Positions 55,949-64,000 of a stretch of 64,000 nt of DNA are shown one piece after another; the stretch's first letter is position 1; every line of letters begins with the position of its first letter. The notes beneath the pieces are model-generated. The model had not been told where the DNA came from and did no database searches. It saw only the letters and a list, made by a program, of their open reading frames with translations. The stretch is from the NCBI GenBank assembly GCA_050952445.1, contig JBMNKX010000006.1:90333-154332 (forward strand), read 5' to 3'. Made by a program: the position numbers and the translations under genes. Source of the stretch: Bacillota bacterium (GTDB lineage: Bacteria; Bacillota; Dehalobacteriia; Dehalobacteriales; Dehalobacteriaceae).

Positions 55949-57017
55949 TTTAGATAATGGAAGTTATGAAATAGTAATTGGTTCGGGTACATTAGAAAAT
56001 ATTGGCGCGGAAATGGCAAAACTCGGTCTGAAAGGCCGGGTATTGATAGTGTCAAATACTACTGTGGCACCACTTTACGGAAATATTGTTATTGATGCTC
56101 TAGAAAGGTTTAGTTATACAGCCAGAATGCTAGTATTGCCGGACGGAGAAAAATATAAAAATTTCGAAACAGTTGTTAAAATATTTGATGCAGCTATTGA
56201 ATGTGGGTTAGACCGGTCCAGCACAATATTAGCCCTTGGTGGTGGTGTAATTGGTGATATGGCAGGACTTGCAGCGGCAACTTACATGCGCGGTATTAAT
56301 TTTGTTCAGGTGCCCACTACCCTTTTGGCCCAGGTAGATGCCAGTATTGGGGGAAAAGTAGCAGTTAACCACCCCAGAGGTAAAAACCTTGTGGGGTGTT
56401 TTTACCAGCCGAAGCTAGTCTGGATTGATATAGATACCTTAAAAACACTATCCCAACGAGAAATGTTGTCCGGATGGGCAGAGGTAATAAAATACGGAGT
56501 AATCAGCGATTACAATTTATTTTGCTACCTAGAAGAAAATATTGCCGGAATTAAAGAAAGATCGGACAATATTCTTATTAAAGCCGTTAGTAATTCATGT
56601 GCCATAAAAGCGGAAGTAGTAAGCCAAGATGAAAAAGAACATGGTATACGAGCCATTCTCAATTTCGGTCATACTATTGGACACGCCCTTGAATCTGCTA
56701 CCAATTATTGTAAACTATGCCATGGTGAAGCTGTTAGTATCGGAATGGTAGGGGCAAGTTATTCAGCTCATCAAATGGGGATGATTTCCCTGTCTGATTT
56801 TCAGCGTATCAGATCCTTAATTATTAATGTAGGACTTCCCACAGACATTCCTGATATTACTTGGGAAAAAATTTGGCATCATATGAAAACGGATAAAAAA
56901 GCCAAAAACGGTAATATTAATTTTATCTTACCTACATCCATTGGCTCAGTAATCATAAAGCCAGTGGAACCTTTATTGATTAAAGAAGCAGTTTTAAAGA
57001 ATACATTTAGAAGGTGA
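55929..57017 (+). CDS. aroB: 3-dehydroquinate synthase
   Basis: GGGVIGDMAG, the metal ligands region EVIKYG / HTIGHALE. Overlaps aroK by 20 nt. Confidence 0.93.
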   Translation: MKKNIVSLDNGSYEIVIGSGTLENIGAEMAKLGLKGRVLIVSNTTVAPLYGNIVIDALERFSYTARMLVLPDGEKYKNFETVVKIFDAAIECGLDRSSTILALGGGVIGDMAGLAAATYMRGINFVQVPTTLLAQVDASIGGKVAVNHPRGKNLVGCFYQPKLVWIDIDTLKTLSQREMLSGWAEVIKYGVISDYNLFCYLEENIAGIKERSDNILIKAVSNSCAIKAEVVSQDEKEHGIRAILNFGHTIGHALESATNYCKLCHGEAVSIGMVGASYSAHQMGMISLSDFQRIRSLIINVGLPTDIPDITWEKIWHHMKTDKKAKNGNINFILPTSIGSVIIKPVEPLLIKEAVLKNTFRR

Positions 57018-58447
57018 TGCCTGAGATGCTTTCAAAGAGGGAACTGGAAAAAATAATAAATACTGCTTTAGCAGAGGGGGCAGAATTTGCGGATATTTTC
57101 CTGGAAAGAAAGGTAACTACCAATATTAGCTGCGAGGATAACAAAATTGAACGGGTTAATTCAGGAATTGATGCAGGTGCCGGGGTTCGGGTCATTAATG
57201 GAGAAACAACCTCTTATGCCTATACTAACAATTTAACCATCGATGGTTTAATAGAGGTAGCAAATATAGCATCAAGGGCGGCTAAAGGTACCAAAAAGAT
57301 TAGGGATATTGCGATTAATAAAAGAGTACCTGAATTTGATTTTAACATAAAACTTCCTCCTAATGAGGTGTCTGTTGAGGATAAGGTAAAACAGGTTGAA
57401 ATAGCAAATACGGCAGCTCGAAACATTGATAACCGCATTAAGCAGGTTTCAATAGGGTATGGTGATGTCATTCAAGATGTGGTTATCGCAAATTCCGAGG
57501 GTGTTTTCGTTGAAGACAAAAGAATTAGAACCCGTTTAAATGTTAATGTTATTGCAGTATCAGGTGAACAGATTCAAACCGGTTATGAATCTTTAGGCGG
57601 TACTCAGGGTTTTGAAATCCTGAGTAAAAACTCTGCAGAAGAAGTAGCAGAAAAAGCAGGAAAAAGGGCGGTAATGCTCTTAAATGCCCAGCCTGCTCCG
57701 GCAGGTAAAATGGCGGTAGTTATGGCTGCCGAAGCGGGAGGTACTATGGTCCATGAAGCTTGCGGCCATGGCTTAGAGGCTGATTTAGTCCAAAAAAAAA
57801 TTTCCGTATATGCAGGAAAAAAAGGGCAAAAGGTAGCAACACCAAATGTAACAGTAGTAGATGATGCTGTCCTAACCGGTAAGTATGGGTCCTTTCGCTT
57901 TGATGATGAAGGAAGCAGGGCCAGAAAAAAAGTATTAATAAAAGATGGCATTTTACAGGAATATATGTATGACCACTTGACAGCTAAAAAAGAGCAAAGA
58001 GAATCAACAGGAAACGGTCGCAGGGAATCTTACAGGGACAAACCAATTCCCCGGATGACAAATACTTTAATTAATCCCGGTAAAGATAATCCGGCCCAAA
58101 TTATTAAAGATACCCCGTGTGGTTTAATGGTGAAGAAAATGGGTGGAGGACAGGTGAACACAACTAATGGGGATTTTGTTTTTGATGTAGCTGAAGGGTA
58201 TCTGATAGAAGATGGTGAGGTAACAAAGCCGGTGCGGGGAGCTACTCTTACCGGTAACGGGCCGTCTGTGCTAAAAATGGTTGACCGGGTGGGAAATGAT
58301 CTGGGTTTTGCCATAGGTATTTGCGGTAAAGAAGGTCAGGGTGTACCTGTTTCTGATGCCCAACCTACCATGAGAATTAAAGAACTTATTGTGGGAGGCA
58401 GAGTCCATTCAGGCTCTAAAGGAAATCAACAAATACGGAGATTGTAG
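57017..58447 (+). CDS. tldD: Metalloprotease TldD
   Basis: HEACGHGLE metal motif, U62 family. The ATG overlaps the aroB TGA by 1 nt (an in-frame GTG 57014 is an alternative start). Confidence 0.9.
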   Translation: MPEMLSKRELEKIINTALAEGAEFADIFLERKVTTNISCEDNKIERVNSGIDAGAGVRVINGETTSYAYTNNLTIDGLIEVANIASRAAKGTKKIRDIAINKRVPEFDFNIKLPPNEVSVEDKVKQVEIANTAARNIDNRIKQVSIGYGDVIQDVVIANSEGVFVEDKRIRTRLNVNVIAVSGEQIQTGYESLGGTQGFEILSKNSAEEVAEKAGKRAVMLLNAQPAPAGKMAVVMAAEAGGTMVHEACGHGLEADLVQKKISVYAGKKGQKVATPNVTVVDDAVLTGKYGSFRFDDEGSRARKKVLIKDGILQEYMYDHLTAKKEQRESTGNGRRESYRDKPIPRMTNTLINPGKDNPAQIIKDTPCGLMVKKMGGGQVNTTNGDFVFDVAEGYLIEDGEVTKPVRGATLTGNGPSVLKMVDRVGNDLGFAIGICGKEGQGVPVSDAQPTMRIKELIVGGRVHSGSKGNQQIRRL

Positions 58448-58477
58448 TTAGTTATGGTTTAAAAGGAGGCAGTTCGG

Positions 58478-59821
58478 GTGATGGGAAAAGAATTAATAAA
58501 TATTGCCGAAAAAGCAGTACAAAAGGCAATTTCACAAGGAGTTTCTGCAGCAGAGGTGTATTTGGCCCGAAATAAAGATCTTACTATTGAAGTAAGCGAT
58601 CAAAAGGTAGAAACTATGAAATTAGCTGATGAAAAAGGATTAGGTATGAGACTTTTTCACAATGGGAAATTAGGTTTTGCTTATACCTCGGATTTGTCTG
58701 AAACAGCTCTAGAACAAGTTGTACTTCAGGCTGTGTCTAATTCCGAAAGCACCGTGGCTGATGACTATAACATTCTGCCGGAGCCATCTTCATTTTACCC
58801 GGAATTGTCTCTTTATGATCCAACTATCAACCAGATATCTCTAGAGAAAAAAATAGAGCTGGCTAAAGAAATTGAGCGAACTGCCCGGGAATATGATCCA
58901 CGGGTAAAAATAACTAAGAAGTGTGCATATACAGACTCTGTTTATGAAGTAGCAATTTTTAATTCTCTTGGAATAAAAGGCAGTTATCAGGGAGCTTACT
59001 GTGGAGCATATTCCTTTTTAGTAGCTGAGGAGAACAGTGCTTCCGAAACAGGTTTTGGATTTCAATACAAGCTGAGATATGATGATATTGATCCTCGTTT
59101 GGTTGCTGTAGAGAGTGCCCAAAAGGCGGTAAGGATGCTGGGAGCAAAAAGTATTAGCACCCAAGAAATGATTGCTGTTTTTGATCCTTATGTAGCAGTA
59201 GGATTTTTAGGGCTTATTTCCCCGTCTCTGTCGGCAAATTCTGTGCAAAAAGGAAAATCAAAATTTTCCGATAGAAAGGGCCAGCAAGTTTCTTCTGAAT
59301 TTCTTACTTTAATAGATGATGGAGTAATGGGGGAGAAGATTATGTCTGCTCCTTTTGACGGAGAGGGAGTACCCTGTCAGAAAACTGTTTTGATTCATCA
59401 AGGAATCCTAAAGGGGTTTTTATATAATACATATACAGCAAAAAAAGATAATACTGAATCAACCGGAAATGGAACCAGGAGTTATAAAGGGATACCTGAA
59501 ATTGGAACCTCCAATTTTTATATTGAAAAAGGTACTATCAGTAAAGATGAAATGCTCAAACAGATTTCAAAAGGAATCTATATAACTGAAGTTATGGGTA
59601 TGCATACCGCAAACCATATTTCCGGCGATTTTTCCGTTGGAGCTGCGGGACTTCTGATAGAAAACGGCGAATTAACTAAACCTGTTCGTGGGATTGCTAT
59701 TGCGGGAAATATTTTTGACCTTTTATTCTCTATAGATAAAGTAGCATCCGACTTAACGTTTTTTATTGGAAAAGGAAGTCCCAGCCTTCAGGTTTCACAA
59801 ATGGTAATAAGCGGGGATTAA
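58478..59821 (+). CDS. pmbA: TldE/PmbA family protein (TldD partner)
   Basis: U62 family without the HExxxH motif. Paired with tldD. Confidence 0.88.
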   Translation: MMGKELINIAEKAVQKAISQGVSAAEVYLARNKDLTIEVSDQKVETMKLADEKGLGMRLFHNGKLGFAYTSDLSETALEQVVLQAVSNSESTVADDYNILPEPSSFYPELSLYDPTINQISLEKKIELAKEIERTAREYDPRVKITKKCAYTDSVYEVAIFNSLGIKGSYQGAYCGAYSFLVAEENSASETGFGFQYKLRYDDIDPRLVAVESAQKAVRMLGAKSISTQEMIAVFDPYVAVGFLGLISPSLSANSVQKGKSKFSDRKGQQVSSEFLTLIDDGVMGEKIMSAPFDGEGVPCQKTVLIHQGILKGFLYNTYTAKKDNTESTGNGTRSYKGIPEIGTSNFYIEKGTISKDEMLKQISKGIYITEVMGMHTANHISGDFSVGAAGLLIENGELTKPVRGIAIAGNIFDLLFSIDKVASDLTFFIGKGSPSLQVSQMVISGD

Positions 59822-59890
59822 TTAAGATTAATGACTATTCAAAGGAAAAAAACTATGGTAAAATGCTTACGGGAGACGAGGTGGTAGGCA

Positions 59891-60337
59891 ATGCAAAAGG
59901 TTTTGGTTATTCATGGACCAAACCTTAATTTACTAGGTGAAAGAGAAACAGGTATCTACGGGGAAACAACACTGGAGGAAATTAACAACAGTATGATTAG
60001 CCTAGCCCGAAAACACGGTGTAGAAATAAGGATATTTCAGTCAAACTGCGAGGGAGAAATTATTAATATCTTACACCGGGAAGGGAGAGAATCTGACTGT
60101 ATAATTATTAACCCTGCCGCATATACCCACTATAGTATCGCAATCCGCGATGCGGTTAAATGTATTAATGTTCCGGTTATTGAAGTACATTTGTCTAATA
60201 TTTACTCGCGAGAAGATTTTCGTCATGTTTCTGTTGTTGCTCCTGTAGCAGCGGGGCAAATTTCCGGTTTTGGATCTCTAAGCTACCGGTTAGCTGTTTA
60301 TGCAGCCATAGATATGATTAAACAGAAGAGTTCTTAA
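59891..60337 (+). CDS. aroQ: Type II 3-dehydroquinate dehydratase
   Basis: HGPNLNLLGERE, NPAAYTHYS and IEVHLSNI signatures. Confidence 0.95.
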   Translation: MQKVLVIHGPNLNLLGERETGIYGETTLEEINNSMISLARKHGVEIRIFQSNCEGEIINILHREGRESDCIIINPAAYTHYSIAIRDAVKCINVPVIEVHLSNIYSREDFRHVSVVAPVAAGQISGFGSLSYRLAVYAAIDMIKQKSS

Positions 60338-60360
60338 ATATGTTTTTGGCGGGAGAAAAA

Positions 60361-61428
60361 ATGATTGATCAAAGGGTGCAAAAATTACGCAGGTTTCTGC
60401 AGTCGGAAAATATAGATGCCGCTTTAATTGTGCAACCGGAAAACAGATATTATTTTAGTGGCTTTACCGGAACATCCGGGTTTTTATTTATTACCCCTTC
60501 TAGTAAATATCTTCTCACAGACTTTCGATATGCAGAACAGGCAGTTAAACAATCCCCTGGATCGACAATAATAACTTATGACAAAGATGTCAAAGATGAT
60601 TTAAAGGTGTTATTGGACAGGTTGGACGGAAAGAGAATTGGTATTGAGGAAAACTATCTCACTTACCGGCAGTACAAAGAGTTTCAGGAGTCTTTTAAAA
60701 GGGAATTTTTGGGAATTAGTGAGCAGGTCAATAGAATAAGGTCGGTAAAAGATGCAAGTGAAATCCAATGTTTAAAAAAAGCAGCTTTTTTGGTAGACCA
60801 GGCTTTTGAATACATTATTACCCAAATAAAACCTGGAATCAGTGAACAGGAAATATCTTTGGAATTGGAATTCTTTATGCGCAGGAAGGGGGCTTCTGGA
60901 GCATCATTTGATTTTATTGTTGCCTCTGGGGAAAGGTCTTCTTTACCGCACGGGGTAGCAGGGAAAAAAATTATACATAACGGTGATTTTATTACCATGG
61001 ATTTTGGTTGTATTTGGCAGGGATATCATTCAGATACTACTAGAACAGTAGTTATGGGTAAAATCGACAGTAAGCAAGCGGATATTTACCAGATTGTGTA
61101 CCAGGCCCAAACAACTGCTTTAAAAGAGGTAAGACCTGGTATTTCTTGTCATAATTTAGATAGAATCGCAAGGGAAATAATTGAAAAGAATGGTTATGGG
61201 AGTTATTTTGGGCATAGTTTAGGTCATGGGGTAGGGTTGGAAATTCATGAGACACCCCGGGTAGGACCAGATTCAAGTATTGTACTTGAACCAGGAATGG
61301 TGATTACTATAGAGCCGGGTATCTATATACCTAATTGGGGAGGAGTACGAATCGAAGATATGGTGCTGGTTACTTCAGATGGATACCAAGCTCTTACAAA
61401 AGCACCAAAGGAAATTTTATATTTATAA
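60361..61428 (+). CDS. pepP: Xaa-Pro aminopeptidase/dipeptidase (M24B)
   Basis: Creatinase-like N-terminal domain plus M24 metal ligands (DFG..D..HSLGHGVGLEIHE..EPG). ATG 60361 is preferred (GGGAG RBS). Confidence 0.88.
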   Translation: MIDQRVQKLRRFLQSENIDAALIVQPENRYYFSGFTGTSGFLFITPSSKYLLTDFRYAEQAVKQSPGSTIITYDKDVKDDLKVLLDRLDGKRIGIEENYLTYRQYKEFQESFKREFLGISEQVNRIRSVKDASEIQCLKKAAFLVDQAFEYIITQIKPGISEQEISLELEFFMRRKGASGASFDFIVASGERSSLPHGVAGKKIIHNGDFITMDFGCIWQGYHSDTTRTVVMGKIDSKQADIYQIVYQAQTTALKEVRPGISCHNLDRIAREIIEKNGYGSYFGHSLGHGVGLEIHETPRVGPDSSIVLEPGMVITIEPGIYIPNWGGVRIEDMVLVTSDGYQALTKAPKEILYL

Positions 61429-61473
61429 ACCGGTTTCCGGTTTAATATTTTTATTAACAAGGGGGATATCAAG

Positions 61474-62031
61474 GTGATTTCAACAAATGATTTTAAAACA
61501 GGTGTCACTGTTGAAATAGATGGTGATGCTTATCAAGTTGTTGATTTTCAACATGTAAAACCAGGAAAAGGAGCTGCTTTTGTCCGGTCGAAACTTAGAA
61601 ACATCAGGACGGGGGCAGTTATTGAAAAAACCTTTAATGCAGGTGAAAAACTTCCCAAAGCCCATCTGGATAGAAGAGAAATGCAGTTTTTGTATTATGA
61701 CGGCGAAGCATATATTTTTATGGATGTCAATAATTTTGAACAAATTCCTCTTGGTGAGGATAAAATGGTGGAAGCTAAGAAGTATTTAAAAGAAAACATG
61801 ACTGCATCAATACTATTTTACCAGGGAAATGTGATGGGTGTTGACCTGCCTGGTCAAGTAGAGCTGACTGTAACTGAAACTGAACCCGGTATTAAAGGTG
61901 ATACCGCTTCAGGCGGTACTAAGCCAGCAATCCTGGAAACCGGTGTTGTTGTAAGGGTGCCATTTTTCATTAATGTAGGAGATGTGGTCCAGGTAAATAC
62001 CAAAACAGGGGAATATATTGGACGGGCTTAA
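61474..62031 (+). CDS. efp: Elongation factor P
   Basis: [21 protein letters not shown] with the conserved loop Lys. GTG start. Confidence 0.95.
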   Translation: MISTNDFKTGVTVEIDGDAYQVVDFQHVKPGKGAAFVRSKLRNIRTGAVIEKTFNAGEKLPKAHLDRREMQFLYYDGEAYIFMDVNNFEQIPLGEDKMVEAKKYLKENMTASILFYQGNVMGVDLPGQVELTVTETEPGIKGDTASGGTKPAILETGVVVRVPFFINVGDVVQVNTKTGEYIGRA

Positions 62032-62087
62032 TGTTTAAAGCTTCCTAACCTGTGGCATAATAGAGTAGGCTAGTAATAAGGAGGTAT

Positions 62088-62555
62088 ATGATGAAAGATT
62101 TAAAACAACAGGTTTCTTATTTACAAGGATTAGCTGATGGTATGAATATTTCCAAGGAATCAAAGGAAGGCCGGATTATTGAGCAAATTATTGACGTTTT
62201 AGACGGGATAGTTTTTGCTATTGATGATTTAACAGCACAACAAGAGGAAATGGAAAGCTACATAAAGTCTGTTGATGATGATTTGTGTGATTTAGAAAAG
62301 GATTTCTATGATGAAGAAGATGATGATGAAGATGATGATGATTATGTAGAGGTAAAGTGCCCTAATTGTGAAGAGATTGTTTGTTTTGATGCCGACATTC
62401 TGGATGATGAAGATGTGATAGAAGTTACTTGTCCCAATTGTGATGAAATTGTATTTATTAATGATGGAAGTTATGAAACTGATCAGGATGAAGAAGATGA
62501 ATCTGAGGAAGAACAATTGATAGCAGATAATAAAAAACATACAGAAGATATATAA
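62088..62555 (+). CDS. Acidic double zinc-ribbon protein (CD1247 N-terminal-domain-like)
   Basis: CPNCEE..C and CPNCDE ribbons are flanked by poly-D/E tracts. Conserved position between efp and spoIIIAA in Clostridia, as far as I recall. Confidence 0.65.
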   Translation: MMKDLKQQVSYLQGLADGMNISKESKEGRIIEQIIDVLDGIVFAIDDLTAQQEEMESYIKSVDDDLCDLEKDFYDEEDDDEDDDDYVEVKCPNCEEIVCFDADILDDEDVIEVTCPNCDEIVFINDGSYETDQDEEDESEEEQLIADNKKHTEDI

Positions 62556-62702
62556 AGAGGGCAAATAAGCCTTCTTTTTTTATTGTCTCGGAAAGAAAAA
62601 TTTTAAATTATGTTGAAAAAAGCGGAACTGAAAGTTCCGCTTTTGGTTCTATTATCTTTGTCCACCTAATACATATTATACATAACAAGGAGGGACAAAG
62701 GT

Positions 62703-63701
62703 ATGGGAATGCCGTTAAAAATATCTTTACATGAACCGGAATCAAAAACAGTTATAAAAACATGCCGGGAGGTTTTTCCTTATTTATCTCCTGAACTGAG
62801 AAAATTGATGACATCTCTTCCAGCACAATACCTGATAGGGTTGGAAGAAATAAGACTACGGGTCAATGCACCGGTGCTTTTACGCCACCATTTAGGGGAT
62901 TCTTATTTAAGTGTTTCCGGAAACCTAACTTCAGTGCGTACAGATTCTTTTACTTGTAATAAAGAGAACTTAGAAAAAACAGTGGTGCTACTTTGTAATA
63001 GTTCCCTGTATGCCTTGGAAGAAGAAATGCAAAAAGGGTATCTTACTTTACCTGGTGGTCATCGAGCGGGATTTGTAGGACGGGCTGTTCTGGATCATGG
63101 GAACCTGAAGACATTGAAGCAGATTTCCAGTGTCAATATTAGAATAGCTCGTTTTGTATCTGGCTGTGCTCAAAAATTAATTAACTATATAGTTAATGAA
63201 AACACTGTCCAAAATACTTTAATTATTTCCCCACCAAGGGCAGGAAAAACCACTATTCTTCGAGATATAGTGACAACATTATCTGATGGTTATGGTAATT
63301 TTTCACCTATAGATGTAGGCATAGTCGATGAAAGATCAGAAATTGCCGGGTGTAGAGAGGGTATTCCTCAAATGCCGGTGGGACACCGGACAGATGTTTT
63401 AGACGGTTGTCCTAAAGCAGAAGGTATGATGATGCTGGTTAGATCAATGTCTCCACATGTAATAGCTACCGATGAAATAGGTCGTTATGAAGATACAAAA
63501 GCTATTCAAGAAGTCATAAATGCCGGAATAAAACTGGTGGCTACGGTTCATGGAAGCTCAATTAAGGAAATATGCCGCAGACCGGTTGTTCAGAACATTG
63601 TTAAACAAAGAGTCTTTGAAAGATATGTTATTTTAAGTAGAAGAAAAGGACCGGGTACTTTAGAAGCAATTTACAATAGGGACCTGCAACAGATTATGTG
63701 A
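62703..63701 (+). CDS. spoIIIAA: Stage III sporulation protein AA (AAA+ ATPase)
   Basis: Walker A SPPRAGKTT and Walker B IATDEIG. First gene of the spoIIIA operon. Confidence 0.92.
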   Translation: MGMPLKISLHEPESKTVIKTCREVFPYLSPELRKLMTSLPAQYLIGLEEIRLRVNAPVLLRHHLGDSYLSVSGNLTSVRTDSFTCNKENLEKTVVLLCNSSLYALEEEMQKGYLTLPGGHRAGFVGRAVLDHGNLKTLKQISSVNIRIARFVSGCAQKLINYIVNENTVQNTLIISPPRAGKTTILRDIVTTLSDGYGNFSPIDVGIVDERSEIAGCREGIPQMPVGHRTDVLDGCPKAEGMMMLVRSMSPHVIATDEIGRYEDTKAIQEVINAGIKLVATVHGSSIKEICRRPVVQNIVKQRVFERYVILSRRKGPGTLEAIYNRDLQQIM

Positions 63702-63717
63702 TAAAAAGGTGATCAAA

Positions 63718-64000
63718 TTGTTAAAAATATTAGGCTCATTTTTTGTAATAATCCCTTTTGGAGTTATGGGTATAATTATCGGAAAAAATTTTAGTAAAAG
63801 ACCGGAGCAAATTAGACAGCTTCAATTTGGATTACAGGCTTTAGAGACGGAGATTATGTATTCCGCTACCCCTTTACCTCAGGCTATGGAGAAAGTAGCA
63901 AAACAAGTACATGATGGTCCTATTTCCCAGCTATTCTTACAAACGGGCCGTGAATTGCTTAAAGGAGAAGGTCAAACCGCAACGGAAGCATGGTCGGAAG
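63718..64000 (+). CDS. spoIIIAB: Stage III sporulation protein AB (3' end outside window)
   Basis: Open frame from TTG 63718 (AAAGGTGA RBS) to the window edge. Translation LLKILGSFFVIIPFGVMGII..RPEQIRQLQFGLQALETEIMYSATPLPQAM is SpoIIIAB-like. Not in the ORF track because no stop is reached. Confidence 0.85.
   Translation, partial: MLKILGSFFVIIPFGVMGIIIGKNFSKRPEQIRQLQFGLQALETEIMYSATPLPQAMEKVAKQVHDGPISQLFLQTGRELLKGEGQTATEAWSE

Noticed and set aside
57014-59821. TldD/PmbA as maturation protease of a nearby RiPP or microcin precursor
   Set aside because: No small Gly/Ser/Cys-rich precursor ORF, cyclodehydratase or export gene lies in the flanking regions. The neighbours are aro genes.

Overview
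This 64-kb window is a low-G+C core chromosomal segment from a spore-forming Firmicute, probably Clostridia-like. Every credible gene (about 65) lies on the + strand. Gene order largely follows Bacillus subtilis: ruvAB, queuosine genes (queH, queA, tgt), yajC-secDF, recJ-relA-dtd, hisS-aspS, 6S RNA, tcdA, then alaS-ireB-ruvX-DUF1292-mltG-trmR-U32 peptidase. These are followed by a class B PBP, pro-sigK, yqeG and aroE. Next comes a complete Gram-positive type IV pilus cluster (pilB, pilT, pilC, pilin, pilD, four minor pilins, pilMNO), then aroC-aroK-aroB, tldD-pmbA, aroQ, pepP, efp and spoIIIAA/AB. I found no CRISPR array, tRNA, rRNA, transposase, integrase or recognisable defence or toxin system, and no clear novel multi-gene system. 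The observations most worth follow-up are: (1) an unclassified foldback, MITE-like repeat family with three copies that abut stop codons, one full-length with terminal inverted repeats and a TAAA flanking duplication; (2) a c-di-GMP-I (GEMM-I) riboswitch with a terminator between pilT and pilC; (3) RecJ fused to a C-terminal RecQ-like helicase module whose catalytic motifs are all degenerate; (4) a decayed SpoIID/LytB-family pseudogene between rsgI and queA; (5) a perfect 19-bp palindrome overlapping a consensus promoter upstream of aroC; (6) a CsoR-type repressor with an operator but no adjacent copper-efflux gene. Several ORF-track starts were moved to downstream start codons with better Shine-Dalgarno spacing. 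All family assignments come from motif recognition by eye. No database search was run.
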